64,000 nt of DNA, from positions 1 to 64,000 of the forward strand of contig DYFC01000034.1 of NCBI GenBank assembly GCA_020725385.1. The letters are read 5' to 3'. The position numbers were made by a program, and so were the translations under genes. Under the pieces are notes generated by a model that worked only from the letters and a program-made list of their open reading frames with translations, had not been told where the DNA came from and made no database searches. Positions 46,315 through 56,388 of the stretch are shown piece after piece (the stretch's first letter is position 1; each line of letters opens with the position of its first letter). This DNA is from Nitrospira japonica (lineage in GTDB: Bacteria > Nitrospirota > Thermodesulfovibrionia > Thermodesulfovibrionales > SM23-35).

Positions 46315-47373
46315 ATGAATATGGCAAATGTAATAAGTCCTACAACTGTTGATGCTTTAATTAAATTTGGCATTGATGTAGCTATTATTCTTCTTAAAAT
46401 AGTAATAGTTCTTGCGGTTGGCTTACTTCATGTAGCATATGCAACATATTTCGAACGTAAAGTAATAGGTCATATGCAGGTAAGACTTGGACCAATGAGG
46501 GTTGGACCTCACGGTCTTCTTCAGCCTTTTGCTGATGGTATAAAACTTTTCTTTAAAGAAGACATAATCCCTGCTCAGGCTGATAAAGTAGTCTTTTATA
46601 TTGCTCCTATTATTTTTATGGCTGCTGCAATGGTTAATTTGTCCGTAATTCCATTTGATGCAAATTTTGTAATTGCTGATATTAATGTTGGATTGCTTTT
46701 CATCTTTGCGATGGCTGGAGTTGGTGTTTATGGAATATTTATATCAGGATGGGCATCAAATTCAAAATATGCATTCATGGGAGGACTTAGATCATCTGCA
46801 CAGGTTATAAGTTATGAAATTGCGATGGGTCTCAGCCTTGTTGGTGTTATGATGATGGCGGGTTCTTTAAATCTCTCGGATATAATCAGGGCACAAGGTG
46901 AATCAATATTTGGCATGTACGCTATCCCCCAGTTTATAGGATTTATAGTATTTGTAATTGCTGCAGTTGCAGAAACAAACAGAACACCGTTTGATTTGCC
47001 CGAAGCCGAAAGCGAATTAGTAGCAGGTTATTTTACAGAATATAGTAGTTTCAGATTTGCTCTATTCTTTCTTGGCGAATATATAGCAATGATTCTTATG
47101 GCGTCATTATGCACAATATGTTTCCTCGGTGGATGGACATTGCCATGGTATGTTTTGAAAATTTTCCCGTTCCTTAGTTATGTGCCGGGAGTTGTATGGT
47201 TTGTGTTGAAAGTTTATGCATTTTTCTTCTTCTATTACTGGATAAGAGCAACAGTACCAAGATACAGATACGACCAGTTTATGGCTATAGGCTGGAAGAT
47301 TTTAATTCCGGTTGCGATAGGAAATATATTATTAACAGGTCTTGTGAAAATTATTTTGAAAGAGGTATTGTAG
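46315..47373 (+). CDS. nuoH: NADH-quinone oxidoreductase subunit H
   Basis: ERKV...MQ.R.GP, PFADGIKL..KE, NRTPFDLPEAESELVAG. Confidence 0.96.
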   Translation: MNMANVISPTTVDALIKFGIDVAIILLKIVIVLAVGLLHVAYATYFERKVIGHMQVRLGPMRVGPHGLLQPFADGIKLFFKEDIIPAQADKVVFYIAPIIFMAAAMVNLSVIPFDANFVIADINVGLLFIFAMAGVGVYGIFISGWASNSKYAFMGGLRSSAQVISYEIAMGLSLVGVMMMAGSLNLSDIIRAQGESIFGMYAIPQFIGFIVFVIAAVAETNRTPFDLPEAESELVAGYFTEYSSFRFALFFLGEYIAMILMASLCTICFLGGWTLPWYVLKIFPFLSYVPGVVWFVLKVYAFFFFYYWIRATVPRYRYDQFMAIGWKILIPVAIGNILLTGLVKIILKEVL

Positions 47374-47374
47374 C

Positions 47375-47899
47375 GTGACATTCAAACATTTCATTAAAAC
47401 AATTACCTTTATAGAAATATTGAAAGGTATGGCTTTAACATTAAGAAGGATGTTTTCTAAGGCAGTTACAATACAATATCCCGATGAAAGAAGAAAGATT
47501 GCGCCTGGTTTTAGAGGGCAACATGCTCTTTCAAAACGTGGCGGGAAAGCAAAATGTGTTGGTTGCGGATTATGCGCTACAATATGCCCTTCGCAATGTA
47601 TAAGCATAACGAGAGAAAAAGGTCAGGTTACAAAATATCAAATAGAGCTTCTAAGATGTATATATTGTGGATTTTGTGTTGAAGCTTGCCCGTATGGAGC
47701 TATCTCTCTAACTGAGAATTATGAATATTCTTCTTACAACAAACAGGATTTAATGATGACAAAGGAAAAATTATTATCAAACTGGGATAAATATATGCCC
47801 GGTACAAAAGGCGAAGAATATTACAAAAAATTCTGGAGGCCTATGTCAGAGGATTTCGGTACACCTCCCGGACAGGCAATGTATGGAGGTAAAAGATAA
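47375..47899 (+). CDS. nuoI: NADH-quinone oxidoreductase subunit I
   Basis: TIQYP, FRG.H, CVGCGLCATICP, CIYCGFCVEACP. Confidence 0.95.
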   Translation: MTFKHFIKTITFIEILKGMALTLRRMFSKAVTIQYPDERRKIAPGFRGQHALSKRGGKAKCVGCGLCATICPSQCISITREKGQVTKYQIELLRCIYCGFCVEACPYGAISLTENYEYSSYNKQDLMMTKEKLLSNWDKYMPGTKGEEYYKKFWRPMSEDFGTPPGQAMYGGKR

Positions 47900-48411
47900 T
47901 GGTATCCATAGGCTTTTTTATATATTTTGCTTTTGCAATTGTAGTTCTTTCATTGCTTGTAGTAACAAGAAGGAATCCTGTTCACAGTGTTTTATGGATG
48001 CTTCTTTTGTTTTTCCATATAGCAGGAGTATATTTGTTCCTTAACGCTGAATTTATGGCTGCAATACAGGTCATTGTATATGCAGGAGGTATCCTTGTTT
48101 TATTCTTATTTGTTGTTCTTTTAATGAACTTACGAGAAGAGTTATCAATAGGTAAATACACCACATTTGGCCCGACAGGTTTTACTTTCGCTTTAGGACT
48201 TTTTGTAGCTGTTTCTATGGCACTGAGTTCTTTTATAGCTGCGCCTCCCGGCAAATATTCAATAGATTTAATCAAGCAGGAGACACATGTAAAAGCACTC
48301 GGTAAATTGTTATATACAGAGTTTATTTATCCTTTTGAAATTGCTTCTTTGATTCTTTTAGTTGCAATGATTGGAGCAATAGTCCTTGCGAAAAGGAGGC
48401 TTAAGAGTTAA
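47899..48411 (+). CDS. nuoJ: NADH-quinone oxidoreductase subunit J
   Basis: NPVHS, QVIVYAGGI.VLFLFV, FE..S..LL.AMIGA. Confidence 0.95.
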   Translation: MVSIGFFIYFAFAIVVLSLLVVTRRNPVHSVLWMLLLFFHIAGVYLFLNAEFMAAIQVIVYAGGILVLFLFVVLLMNLREELSIGKYTTFGPTGFTFALGLFVAVSMALSSFIAAPPGKYSIDLIKQETHVKALGKLLYTEFIYPFEIASLILLVAMIGAIVLAKRRLKS

Positions 48412-48412
48412 G

Positions 48413-48718
48413 ATGGCGGTTCCATTAAGCTGGTACATGTTATTGAGTCTTGCTGTATTTTCAATCGGTGTGTTTGGTTTTCTTTCAAGAAGAAACATTA
48501 TTATTATGTTAATGTCTATAGAATTAATGTTAAACGGAGTAAATATTAATTTAATCGCTCTCAGTCATTATATTCAGGATTTAAGGGGCCAGATACTTGC
48601 GTTTTTTGTGATAGCGGTTGCAGCAGCCGAGGCGGCGATTGGACTTGCGATTGTGATTGCGATGTTCAGGAACAGGGCAACTGCGCATGTTGATGAAATC
48701 AAAGAGATGCAGGGTTGA
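48413..48718 (+). CDS. nuoK: NADH-quinone oxidoreductase subunit K
   Basis: RRN.I..LMSIELMLN, AAAEAAIGLA. Confidence 0.95.
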   Translation: MAVPLSWYMLLSLAVFSIGVFGFLSRRNIIIMLMSIELMLNGVNINLIALSHYIQDLRGQILAFFVIAVAAAEAAIGLAIVIAMFRNRATAHVDEIKEMQG

Positions 48719-48747
48719 TTAACAAATGAGTATAGAGGAATAAGAAT

Positions 48748-50832
48748 ATGGCAAATATGGAATTACAATGGTATCATGTTTTAATACCTTTTCTTCCGCT
48801 AACCGGTTTTATAATTAATATTCTACTTGGCAAAGAAGTAACCAGATATAAAGCTCACTGGTTTGCTGTTTCTTCTGTTTTTGGTTCATGGCTATGTTCG
48901 CTCGCTACATTACAGGATGTTCTTGGAGGCAAGATAATCGATGCCGATCTTTATACATGGATACTTTCAGGCACATTTAAGGTAGGGGTGGGATTTTTAA
49001 TTGATCCTTTAACTGCAGTTATGCTCATTGTTGTTACAACCTGTGCAACTTTGATTCATATTTATGCAATAGGTTATATGCATGGTGACACAGGTTATTA
49101 CAGATTTTTCTCATATCTGAATCTTTTCACATTCTGTATGCTTATGCTTGTAATGGGCAATAACTTCCTCCAGCTTTATTTCGGATGGGAAGGTGTAGGA
49201 CTTTGCTCTTATTTCTTGATTGGATATTATTTCAATAAAAAATCTGCTGCAGATGCTGGAAAGAAAGCCTTCATAGTCAATAGATTCGGCGACTTTGGTT
49301 TTGGAATCGGTGTTTTTATGGTCTTTTTAACATTTGGAACTTTACACTATGCTGATGTTTTTGCGAATGTTAGCAGTATTGCCGGTAAAACAGTCAATTT
49401 TCTTGGTTTAAATGTTGACCTTCCAACATTGATTGCACTATTACTTTTTTGCGGTGCGGTTGGAAAATCAGCCCAGATTCCATTACATGTCTGGCTTCCA
49501 GATGCAATGGAAGGTCCCACACCTGTCAGCGCATTAATCCATGCTGCCACAATGGTTACAGCGGGTGTATTTCTCGTTGCAAGATGCAATCCTATTTTCA
49601 ACCTTTCTGAAATTGCAATGAATACAGTCGCAATTATCGGGGCGTTGACAATGTTCTTTGCAGCAACAATCGCTATAACGCAAAATGATATAAAAAGAAT
49701 TATAGCTTTTTCTACATGTAGTCACTTAGGTTATATGTTTCTTGCCTGTGGAGTTGGAGCTTATGCAGCAGGAATATTCCATCTTTACACCCATGCATTT
49801 TTCAAAGCACTTCTATTTCTTGCAGCAGGTAGTGTAATTCATGCAGTTCATACAAATAATATTCAGTTTATGGGTGGATTGAAAAAATATATGCCTATTA
49901 CATACGCGGTTTTCGTTATTGCTGGGTTAAGTGCCGGCGGATTTCCCGGTCTTTCCGGATTCTTCAGCAAGGATGAGATTATATGGTCTGCATATGCTTC
50001 CCATTCAAGCGTAGGTAAATTTGTATGGATACTCGCACTTGCCGGAGCATTCTTTACACCTTTCTATACATTTAGATTAATATTCAGGACTTTCTTCGGA
50101 GAATATCGTGGTGGACTCGAGGCAGAAGAAGCAGCGACTCATGCACATAGCAGTTCACATGGTTCGGGGCATAGTTCACATGGTGCCGGTCATGATTCTC
50201 ACGGTTCAGGACACGACCCGCACGGACATGATTCATCTCATGGTTCCGGACATGATTCACACGGAGGACATGGACATGGTCCCCATGAATCACCTTATAT
50301 TATGACAGTGCCCTTGATGTTTCTTGCTGTTGGAGCAATAGCTGCCGGCTGGGTTGGCATTCCGCCTTTACTCGGGGGAGGAAATCATTTTGCTCATTTC
50401 TTACAGCCTGTTGTAGGCCACCCGGAATTTCATGGCACTCATGCTGAAGAATGGGGTGTAATGATATTATCAACCACAATTGCACTAATTGGCCTGGGAC
50501 TTGCAGCATTTATGTATTTAAGAAAAACCGATTTACCCGAGAGAATTTCAAAACAATTCTCATTGTTATATAAAATTTTATATAACAAATATTATGTGGA
50601 TGAATTTTATAATCTTACTATTGTGCAGCCGACTCTTAAACTTGCAAATAAAGTGCTTGTAGGATTTACAGATGCCAAGATAATTGAAGGTATAGTTAAT
50701 GGTGTGCCTAACTTAATAGGAATATTCAGCCAGAAACTTAGAAGGCTTCAAACAGGAATAGCGCATCATTATGCAATATTTATGGCAGCAGGTGCAGTTT
50801 TTATAGTTGCACTGGTAATTTTATTGAGTTAA
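48748..50832 (+). CDS. nuoL: NADH-quinone oxidoreductase subunit L with His-rich loop
   Basis: GKSAQ.PLHVWLPDAMEGPTPVSALIHAATMV, HAFFKALLFL. Confidence 0.96.
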   Translation: MANMELQWYHVLIPFLPLTGFIINILLGKEVTRYKAHWFAVSSVFGSWLCSLATLQDVLGGKIIDADLYTWILSGTFKVGVGFLIDPLTAVMLIVVTTCATLIHIYAIGYMHGDTGYYRFFSYLNLFTFCMLMLVMGNNFLQLYFGWEGVGLCSYFLIGYYFNKKSAADAGKKAFIVNRFGDFGFGIGVFMVFLTFGTLHYADVFANVSSIAGKTVNFLGLNVDLPTLIALLLFCGAVGKSAQIPLHVWLPDAMEGPTPVSALIHAATMVTAGVFLVARCNPIFNLSEIAMNTVAIIGALTMFFAATIAITQNDIKRIIAFSTCSHLGYMFLACGVGAYAAGIFHLYTHAFFKALLFLAAGSVIHAVHTNNIQFMGGLKKYMPITYAVFVIAGLSAGGFPGLSGFFSKDEIIWSAYASHSSVGKFVWILALAGAFFTPFYTFRLIFRTFFGEYRGGLEAEEAATHAHSSSHGSGHSSHGAGHDSHGSGHDPHGHDSSHGSGHDSHGGHGHGPHESPYIMTVPLMFLAVGAIAAGWVGIPPLLGGGNHFAHFLQPVVGHPEFHGTHAEEWGVMILSTTIALIGLGLAAFMYLRKTDLPERISKQFSLLYKILYNKYYVDEFYNLTIVQPTLKLANKVLVGFTDAKIIEGIVNGVPNLIGIFSQKLRRLQTGIAHHYAIFMAAGAVFIVALVILLS

Positions 50833-50859
50833 AAAGGATAAAACTCTTAGAGGAGAACA

Positions 50860-52401
50860 ATGGAACAGGTAATAATGAATAATCTGAATTACCCCATACT
50901 TAGCACCGTTATATTTCTACCAGTTTTGGGCGCGCTTCTAATTCTCATTAACAGAAGATCATGGGAGACCCTGACAAAATGGATAGCATTGGGAACGAGC
51001 ATTTTAACTTTTATAGCTTCAATTCCTTTATTTACTCATTTTGACAAGACCACCCATAAGATGCAATTTGTAGAGAGATTTTCATGGATTCCCAACTGGA
51101 ATATTTATTATTTTCTCGGAGTTGATGGCATAAGCGTTCTATTTGTTCTTCTTTCGACACTATGCGCTATTCTTTGTGTATTAATATCATGGACAGCAGT
51201 TACTAATAAAATTAAAGAGTTTTATATAGCTATTTTATTAACAACATCTTTTATGATCGGTGTCTTCTGCTCCCTGGATTTTTTCCTTTTTTATCTTTTC
51301 TGGGAAGCGATGCTTATACCTATGTTCCTGATCATCGGTGTCTGGGGCGGACCAAATCGTATATATGCTGCAATTAAGTTCTTCCTTTATACATTAGTAG
51401 GAAGTGTCCTGATGCTTGTTGGAATAATCGTTCTTTATCTTTATTCAGGTAAAACATTTGATATTCTTACAATGATGACAAAGAATTATCCTTATACAAT
51501 GCAAATATGGCTTTTCTGGGCATTTTTTGCAGCTTTTGCTGTTAAGGTGCCAATGTGGCCAGTGCATACATGGTTGCCCGATGCACATACCGAAGCTCCA
51601 ACAGCAGGTTCGGTTATTCTTGCTGCTGTCCTTATTAAAATGGGTGCTTATGGTTTCCTGAGATTTTCATTGCCCCTGCTTCCCGAAGCATCAAAAGCAA
51701 TGACACCTGTTATGTTAACGTTATCAGTTATTGCAATTATTTATGGAGCTATCATATGTTTAGGCCAGACAGACCTGAAAAGACTTATTGCATACAGTTC
51801 GGTAAGTCACATGGGATTTGTAACACTCGGTATTTTTGCACTAAATACACAGGGAGTTGAAGGCGGAATACTACAAATGCTCAATCATGGTGTAGTAACA
51901 GGAGCTCTCTTTTTATCTGTAGGTATTGTTTATGAAAGAACACATACAAGATTAATTGCTGATTATGGTGGTCTTGCTACCGAGATGCCAATATATTCAT
52001 CATTTTTTATGGTGTTTACCTTAGCAGCAATTGGGCTTCCTGCAACAAATGGTTTTATAGGTGAATTCCTGATCCTTTTGGGTGGATTCGCTGCAAATAA
52101 ATGGGCTGGAGTCCTTGCTTGCACTGGAATAATCATAGGTGCAGGTTATATGCTCTGGCTATATCAAAGAGTATTTTTTATGGAAGTAAATCCCAAGCTT
52201 CATGGACTGGTTGATATGAATGTAAGGGAAACTATAGCATTATTGCCCATGTTAATACTCGTATTCTGGATAGGTGTTTATCCTAATTCATTCCTTAGCT
52301 TTATGCATACTTCTGTGCAACATCTTTTAGAGAGAGTTAATAGTGGCGGGATTGCCCAGGAAGCACAGATAGCTAAAAATATTATGGAGGTAATCAGATG
52401 A
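50860..52401 (+). CDS. nuoM: NADH-quinone oxidoreductase subunit M
   Basis: KVPMWPVHTWLPDAHTEAPT, IAYSSVSHMG. Confidence 0.96.
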   Translation: MEQVIMNNLNYPILSTVIFLPVLGALLILINRRSWETLTKWIALGTSILTFIASIPLFTHFDKTTHKMQFVERFSWIPNWNIYYFLGVDGISVLFVLLSTLCAILCVLISWTAVTNKIKEFYIAILLTTSFMIGVFCSLDFFLFYLFWEAMLIPMFLIIGVWGGPNRIYAAIKFFLYTLVGSVLMLVGIIVLYLYSGKTFDILTMMTKNYPYTMQIWLFWAFFAAFAVKVPMWPVHTWLPDAHTEAPTAGSVILAAVLIKMGAYGFLRFSLPLLPEASKAMTPVMLTLSVIAIIYGAIICLGQTDLKRLIAYSSVSHMGFVTLGIFALNTQGVEGGILQMLNHGVVTGALFLSVGIVYERTHTRLIADYGGLATEMPIYSSFFMVFTLAAIGLPATNGFIGEFLILLGGFAANKWAGVLACTGIIIGAGYMLWLYQRVFFMEVNPKLHGLVDMNVRETIALLPMLILVFWIGVYPNSFLSFMHTSVQHLLERVNSGGIAQEAQIAKNIMEVIR

Positions 52402-53825
52402 ATTTCCCCCTTCCTGATCTTAATCCTGTAATGCCTGAAATACTGATGACTGCATTTGCATTAATTGTGCTTTTACTTGATTTGATTGTGAAAAAGAAAG
52501 AAGCTGTAGCTGTAATTAGCATTGCAGGCACAGCAATAGTATCACTAAGTCTTCTAAATACATCAGGCTCTACATTCGGGGGAATGTATATAGCTGACGG
52601 ATATAGCACATTCTTTAAAATCATATTCTTTATAAATGTCATATTAACGATATTGATTTCAATTAAATATATTGCTGTAGAAAGAGTTAATTATGGTGAA
52701 TATTATAGTTTAATACTTTTTTCGACAGTTGGTATGATGATAATGGCCTCAGCTTCTGACCTGATAACGCTTTACTTAGGTCTTGAATTAATGGCATTAA
52801 GCACTTATGTATTAGCCGGATTTATAAGACATAATCTTAAATCGACTGAATCTGCACTTAAATATTTTCTTCTGGGAGCTTTTTCATCAGGATTCTTGCT
52901 CTATGGTATTTCTATTGTATATGGACTTACAGGTACAACGGATATAAAGGCAATAGCAACATTCATAACAGAAAGAGGATTAAGCGGAAATTTATCGCTT
53001 CTTCTTGCGATTGGAATGCTTACTGTTGCGTTTGGATTTAAGATTGCTGCGGCTCCATTTCATATGTGGGCTCCCGATGTATATGAAGGAGCTCCAACTT
53101 CAATAACAGCATTCATGTCAGTTGGCCCAAAAGCAGCTGGTTTTGCTGTTATTGGAAGAGTTTTTATGATAGCTTTTGCAGCTGTAAAAGCAGACTGGGC
53201 AACTATCTTGATCCCGATATCAATTCTTACAATGGCAGTTGGTAACATTGTAGCATTATCACAGACGAACATAAAGAGAATGCTCGCATATTCTTCTATA
53301 GCCCATGCTGGATATGCATTGCTTGGTATAATTACAGCCAACTCAGAGGGTATATCAAGCATGATGAATTATCTCTTTATCTATGCTTTCATGAATATCG
53401 GAGCATTTGCAGTTATCATAATGCTTAGAAGCGAAGGCATAAAAGGTGAAGATTTAAGCGACTATGAAGGGCTTTCAAAAACACATCCTATGGCAGCGGC
53501 TTTAATGCTGATTTTTATGTTTTCATTGACCGGAATCCCACCAACAGCAGGTTTTATTGGTAAATTATATATTTTCATGGCTGCAATTAATGCAGGATAT
53601 ACATGGCTTGTTATTATAGCTGTCATATTTAGCGCTATTTCAGCATACTTTTATTTACGAGTTGTAATGTATATGTATATGAGGGATCCAAAAACTGAAC
53701 TACCTTTAACTACATCCTTTACAAATGGATTAGCCCTTGCAGTTACAACAGCAGCAGTATTGATCATAGGTGTTTTCCCGACAATGCTTGTGGAATTTGC
53801 CCGTGCTGCATTGAAGAGTTTTTAG
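52398..53825 (+). CDS. nuoN: NADH-quinone oxidoreductase subunit N
   Basis: FKIAAAPFHMWAPDVYEGAPT, KRMLAYSSIAHAGY. Confidence 0.96.
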   Translation: MNFPLPDLNPVMPEILMTAFALIVLLLDLIVKKKEAVAVISIAGTAIVSLSLLNTSGSTFGGMYIADGYSTFFKIIFFINVILTILISIKYIAVERVNYGEYYSLILFSTVGMMIMASASDLITLYLGLELMALSTYVLAGFIRHNLKSTESALKYFLLGAFSSGFLLYGISIVYGLTGTTDIKAIATFITERGLSGNLSLLLAIGMLTVAFGFKIAAAPFHMWAPDVYEGAPTSITAFMSVGPKAAGFAVIGRVFMIAFAAVKADWATILIPISILTMAVGNIVALSQTNIKRMLAYSSIAHAGYALLGIITANSEGISSMMNYLFIYAFMNIGAFAVIIMLRSEGIKGEDLSDYEGLSKTHPMAAALMLIFMFSLTGIPPTAGFIGKLYIFMAAINAGYTWLVIIAVIFSAISAYFYLRVVMYMYMRDPKTELPLTTSFTNGLALAVTTAAVLIIGVFPTMLVEFARAALKSF

Positions 53826-53878
53826 AACTTCTGAGATTTTCCACAAAATAAAAATAACAAGAGTAAATTCTTTCCGAT

Positions 53879-54703
53879 ATGAAAATCCATGATGACATTT
53901 TTTGTTTATCAAATAATGACTGTTATATAACTGATCCAAAAAGGAAACGTTCATTTCTTTCAAAATTATTTCTGTCCGGCAAATTATCATTTTATCCACA
54001 AATATTATCATGTATCTTAACTAATGGTATTAAAGCAGCTTTTAGTCATTACAGTAATGAAGACTGGGTAAAAGCAAGTTACTGGATTCTTAAAATACTT
54101 GAAAATGTTGGAATTATTGTTAATATAAGCGGCCTGAAAAATATTTCGAGTTTTGACGGGCCTTGTGTTTTTATAGGGAATCATATGAGTGTTCTTGAAA
54201 CATTTGTGTTACCATGCATTATACAGCCCATTAAGCCAGTTACATTTGTAGTAAAAAAAGAGCTTCTTCATGTGCCTGTTTTTAAACATGTAATGCGGTC
54301 ACGTGACCCGATTGCAGTTGGAAGAGTTAATCCGCGTGAGGATTTCAGAACAGTGATGGAAGAAGGAGTAAAAAAAATCAAGAATGGTATATCGATCATA
54401 ATTTTTCCACAAAGCACACGCTCGGTTGAATTCAAACCCGTGGAATTCAATTCTCTCGGGGTAAAGCTTGCATTAAGAGCTAATGTGCCTGTAATTCCAT
54501 TAGCTTTAAAAACAGATGCATGGGGTATTGGCAAAATTATAAAAGATTTCGGGAAAATAAATACTAATAAAAAGGTATGGTTTAGATTCGGTGAACCTAT
54601 GAGAGTTCAGGGTAGGGGTGCAGAAGAACATGAGAAAATAATCAAATTTATACAGGATTGCCTTGCGGAATGGAATAAGGAAGAAAAAGCACCTGTAACA
54701 TAA
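53879..54703 (+). CDS. Lysophospholipid acyltransferase (PlsC family)
   Basis: NHMS.LE (NHxxxxD variant), FPQSTR. Confidence 0.85.
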   Translation: MKIHDDIFCLSNNDCYITDPKRKRSFLSKLFLSGKLSFYPQILSCILTNGIKAAFSHYSNEDWVKASYWILKILENVGIIVNISGLKNISSFDGPCVFIGNHMSVLETFVLPCIIQPIKPVTFVVKKELLHVPVFKHVMRSRDPIAVGRVNPREDFRTVMEEGVKKIKNGISIIIFPQSTRSVEFKPVEFNSLGVKLALRANVPVIPLALKTDAWGIGKIIKDFGKINTNKKVWFRFGEPMRVQGRGAEEHEKIIKFIQDCLAEWNKEEKAPVT

Positions 54704-54723
54704 CAATCATGTTCTTCATCAGG

Positions 54724-55275
54724 TCATTTGATTCTTGCAGCTATTGTTTTAAATTCTTGCGTTCCTGCGATTTTTAGCAACTGGAAAAGCACTGTTTCGG
54801 TGCAAGTGATTACAGCTCCGGCATCTCTCATAAATTCAATACCTGTTTTCCAGTTATCTTTCGACCTTGAGCAGATTGCATCTTTAACAATATGAACATT
54901 ATATCCTTCGGATATAAGCCCGATGCATGTTTGAAGAAGACATACATGTGTTTCCATGCCGGAAAGAATTAGCGTCTTTTTATTTATCTTTTTGATTTCG
55001 TCAAGAAAAGAAGGTTCATCGCAACAACTAAAAGTTAGCTTCTCAATAGGTTTATATTCAGGCAGGGCATTTTTAATTTCTTCAACAGTTGGACCGAGAC
55101 CCTTCGGATATTGTTCGGTTAATATTATGGGTATGTTTAATAAACGGGATAATTCAATAAGATGCAAACAATTATTTATGACTTTGTCTTTTTCTTTCAT
55201 AACAGCAGCAAGTCTTTCCTGAATATCAATAATTACAAGAGCTACATTGTCCCTATCAAGATAAAACTTTTTCAT
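54724..55275 (-). CDS. Isochorismatase-family hydrolase
   Basis: IDIQERL, TEQYPKGLG.T, K..FSC, G.ETHVC. Confidence 0.9.
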   Translation of the reverse strand: MKKFYLDRDNVALVIIDIQERLAAVMKEKDKVINNCLHLIELSRLLNIPIILTEQYPKGLGPTVEEIKNALPEYKPIEKLTFSCCDEPSFLDEIKKINKKTLILSGMETHVCLLQTCIGLISEGYNVHIVKDAICSRSKDNWKTGIEFMRDAGAVITCTETVLFQLLKIAGTQEFKTIAARIK

Positions 55276-55442
55276 AAAAACACCTCTAATTTATTAGAAT
55301 AAAATTTATTATACTAATTTATTTGTGTCAAAGTATAAAATAATTTTTTGTAATATCTTCAGTATCTCCATACAAATAATGCAGACATTGCTCAAAAATT
55401 TATGGTTCTTCTCCAAAAAAGTTGCTGAATAAATAGACAAAC

Positions 55443-55580
55443 TGTCATTCTACGACTTGCCTGCCCACCGATTTTGTGGTGGGATTGAGAATCCAGTTTG
55501 AATAGTCTCTGGATTCTCGGGTCAAGTCCGAGAATGACAAGTAATCAAAGGTCATTCCCCGACTCGATCGGGGAATCCAG
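55443..55580. repeat. Cluster of three family-A REPs, the first with a 24-nt insertion
   Basis: 55443-55496, 55509-55539, 55551-55580. Confidence 0.88.
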
Positions 55581-55636
55581 AAAAATATGAAAAATTATTA
55601 TGTTTATATCCTTATTTCAGGGTAAAATATTTAATC

Positions 55637-56368
55637 ATGAATTTTTGGAAGGACAATATACATTTTATTCTTATTGAACCCCGGGAACCCGGAAATATAG
55701 GCGCTGCTGCAAGAGCTATGAAAAATATGGGATTCAGCAAACTTGAACTTGTAAATCCTGTGCCTTTTCATACTAAAGAAGCAAAGTGGATGTCATGCCA
55801 GGCTTATGACATGGTAAAAAGAGCTAAAGTTTATCAAACATTTGAAGAGGCAATTAATGGTAAAAGTTTAATTATCGGAACTACAAGAAGAATTGGAAAA
55901 AGGAGAGGAATAATCCTACCTCTTAAAGATAGTGTAAAAAGAATCGTTGTTGCTGCGAAAAAGAATAAAATAGCAATACTGTTTGGAAGGGAGAAAAACG
56001 GTCTTTTAAATAGAGAAGTTGAATCATGTGGTTTTATGATAACGATTCCATCATCACCCGAAGCAGCATCACTGAATCTATCACAAACTGTTATGCTTGT
56101 AGCATATGAACTTGCCCAAAAAACGTATAAAGTGGAAACGCCTGAATTTGTTAAACATGAAAGGCTTAATACTCTATATGAAAGAATTGAATATCTGTTA
56201 AAACTTCTCGATTATATTCCCAGAGGTGACAGACAGATTGAAAAAAAGATAATGAAAAACCTCAAACATTTCATTGGAAGGGCAGGATTAACAGAATGGG
56301 AATTAAATATGCTACAGGGGCTATGTACACAAATAGAGGAGAAAATAAATTTTTATCAACATCTTTGA
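55637..56368 (+). CDS. trmJ: TrmJ/LasT-family SPOUT RNA methyltransferase
   Basis: NIGAAARAMKNMG, LFGRE..GL, SLNLSQ. Confidence 0.85.
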   Translation: MNFWKDNIHFILIEPREPGNIGAAARAMKNMGFSKLELVNPVPFHTKEAKWMSCQAYDMVKRAKVYQTFEEAINGKSLIIGTTRRIGKRRGIILPLKDSVKRIVVAAKKNKIAILFGREKNGLLNREVESCGFMITIPSSPEAASLNLSQTVMLVAYELAQKTYKVETPEFVKHERLNTLYERIEYLLKLLDYIPRGDRQIEKKIMKNLKHFIGRAGLTEWELNMLQGLCTQIEEKINFYQHL

Positions 56369-56388
56369 TTTTTTAACCCCATTTTTAT

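Noticed and set aside
48716-48718. Other TGA stops as recoding sites (nuoK, hicB, trmJ, isochorismatase, nitroreductase)
   Set aside because: Proteins are full length at the TGA, which is not at a conserved Cys; this also argues against global UGA reassignment
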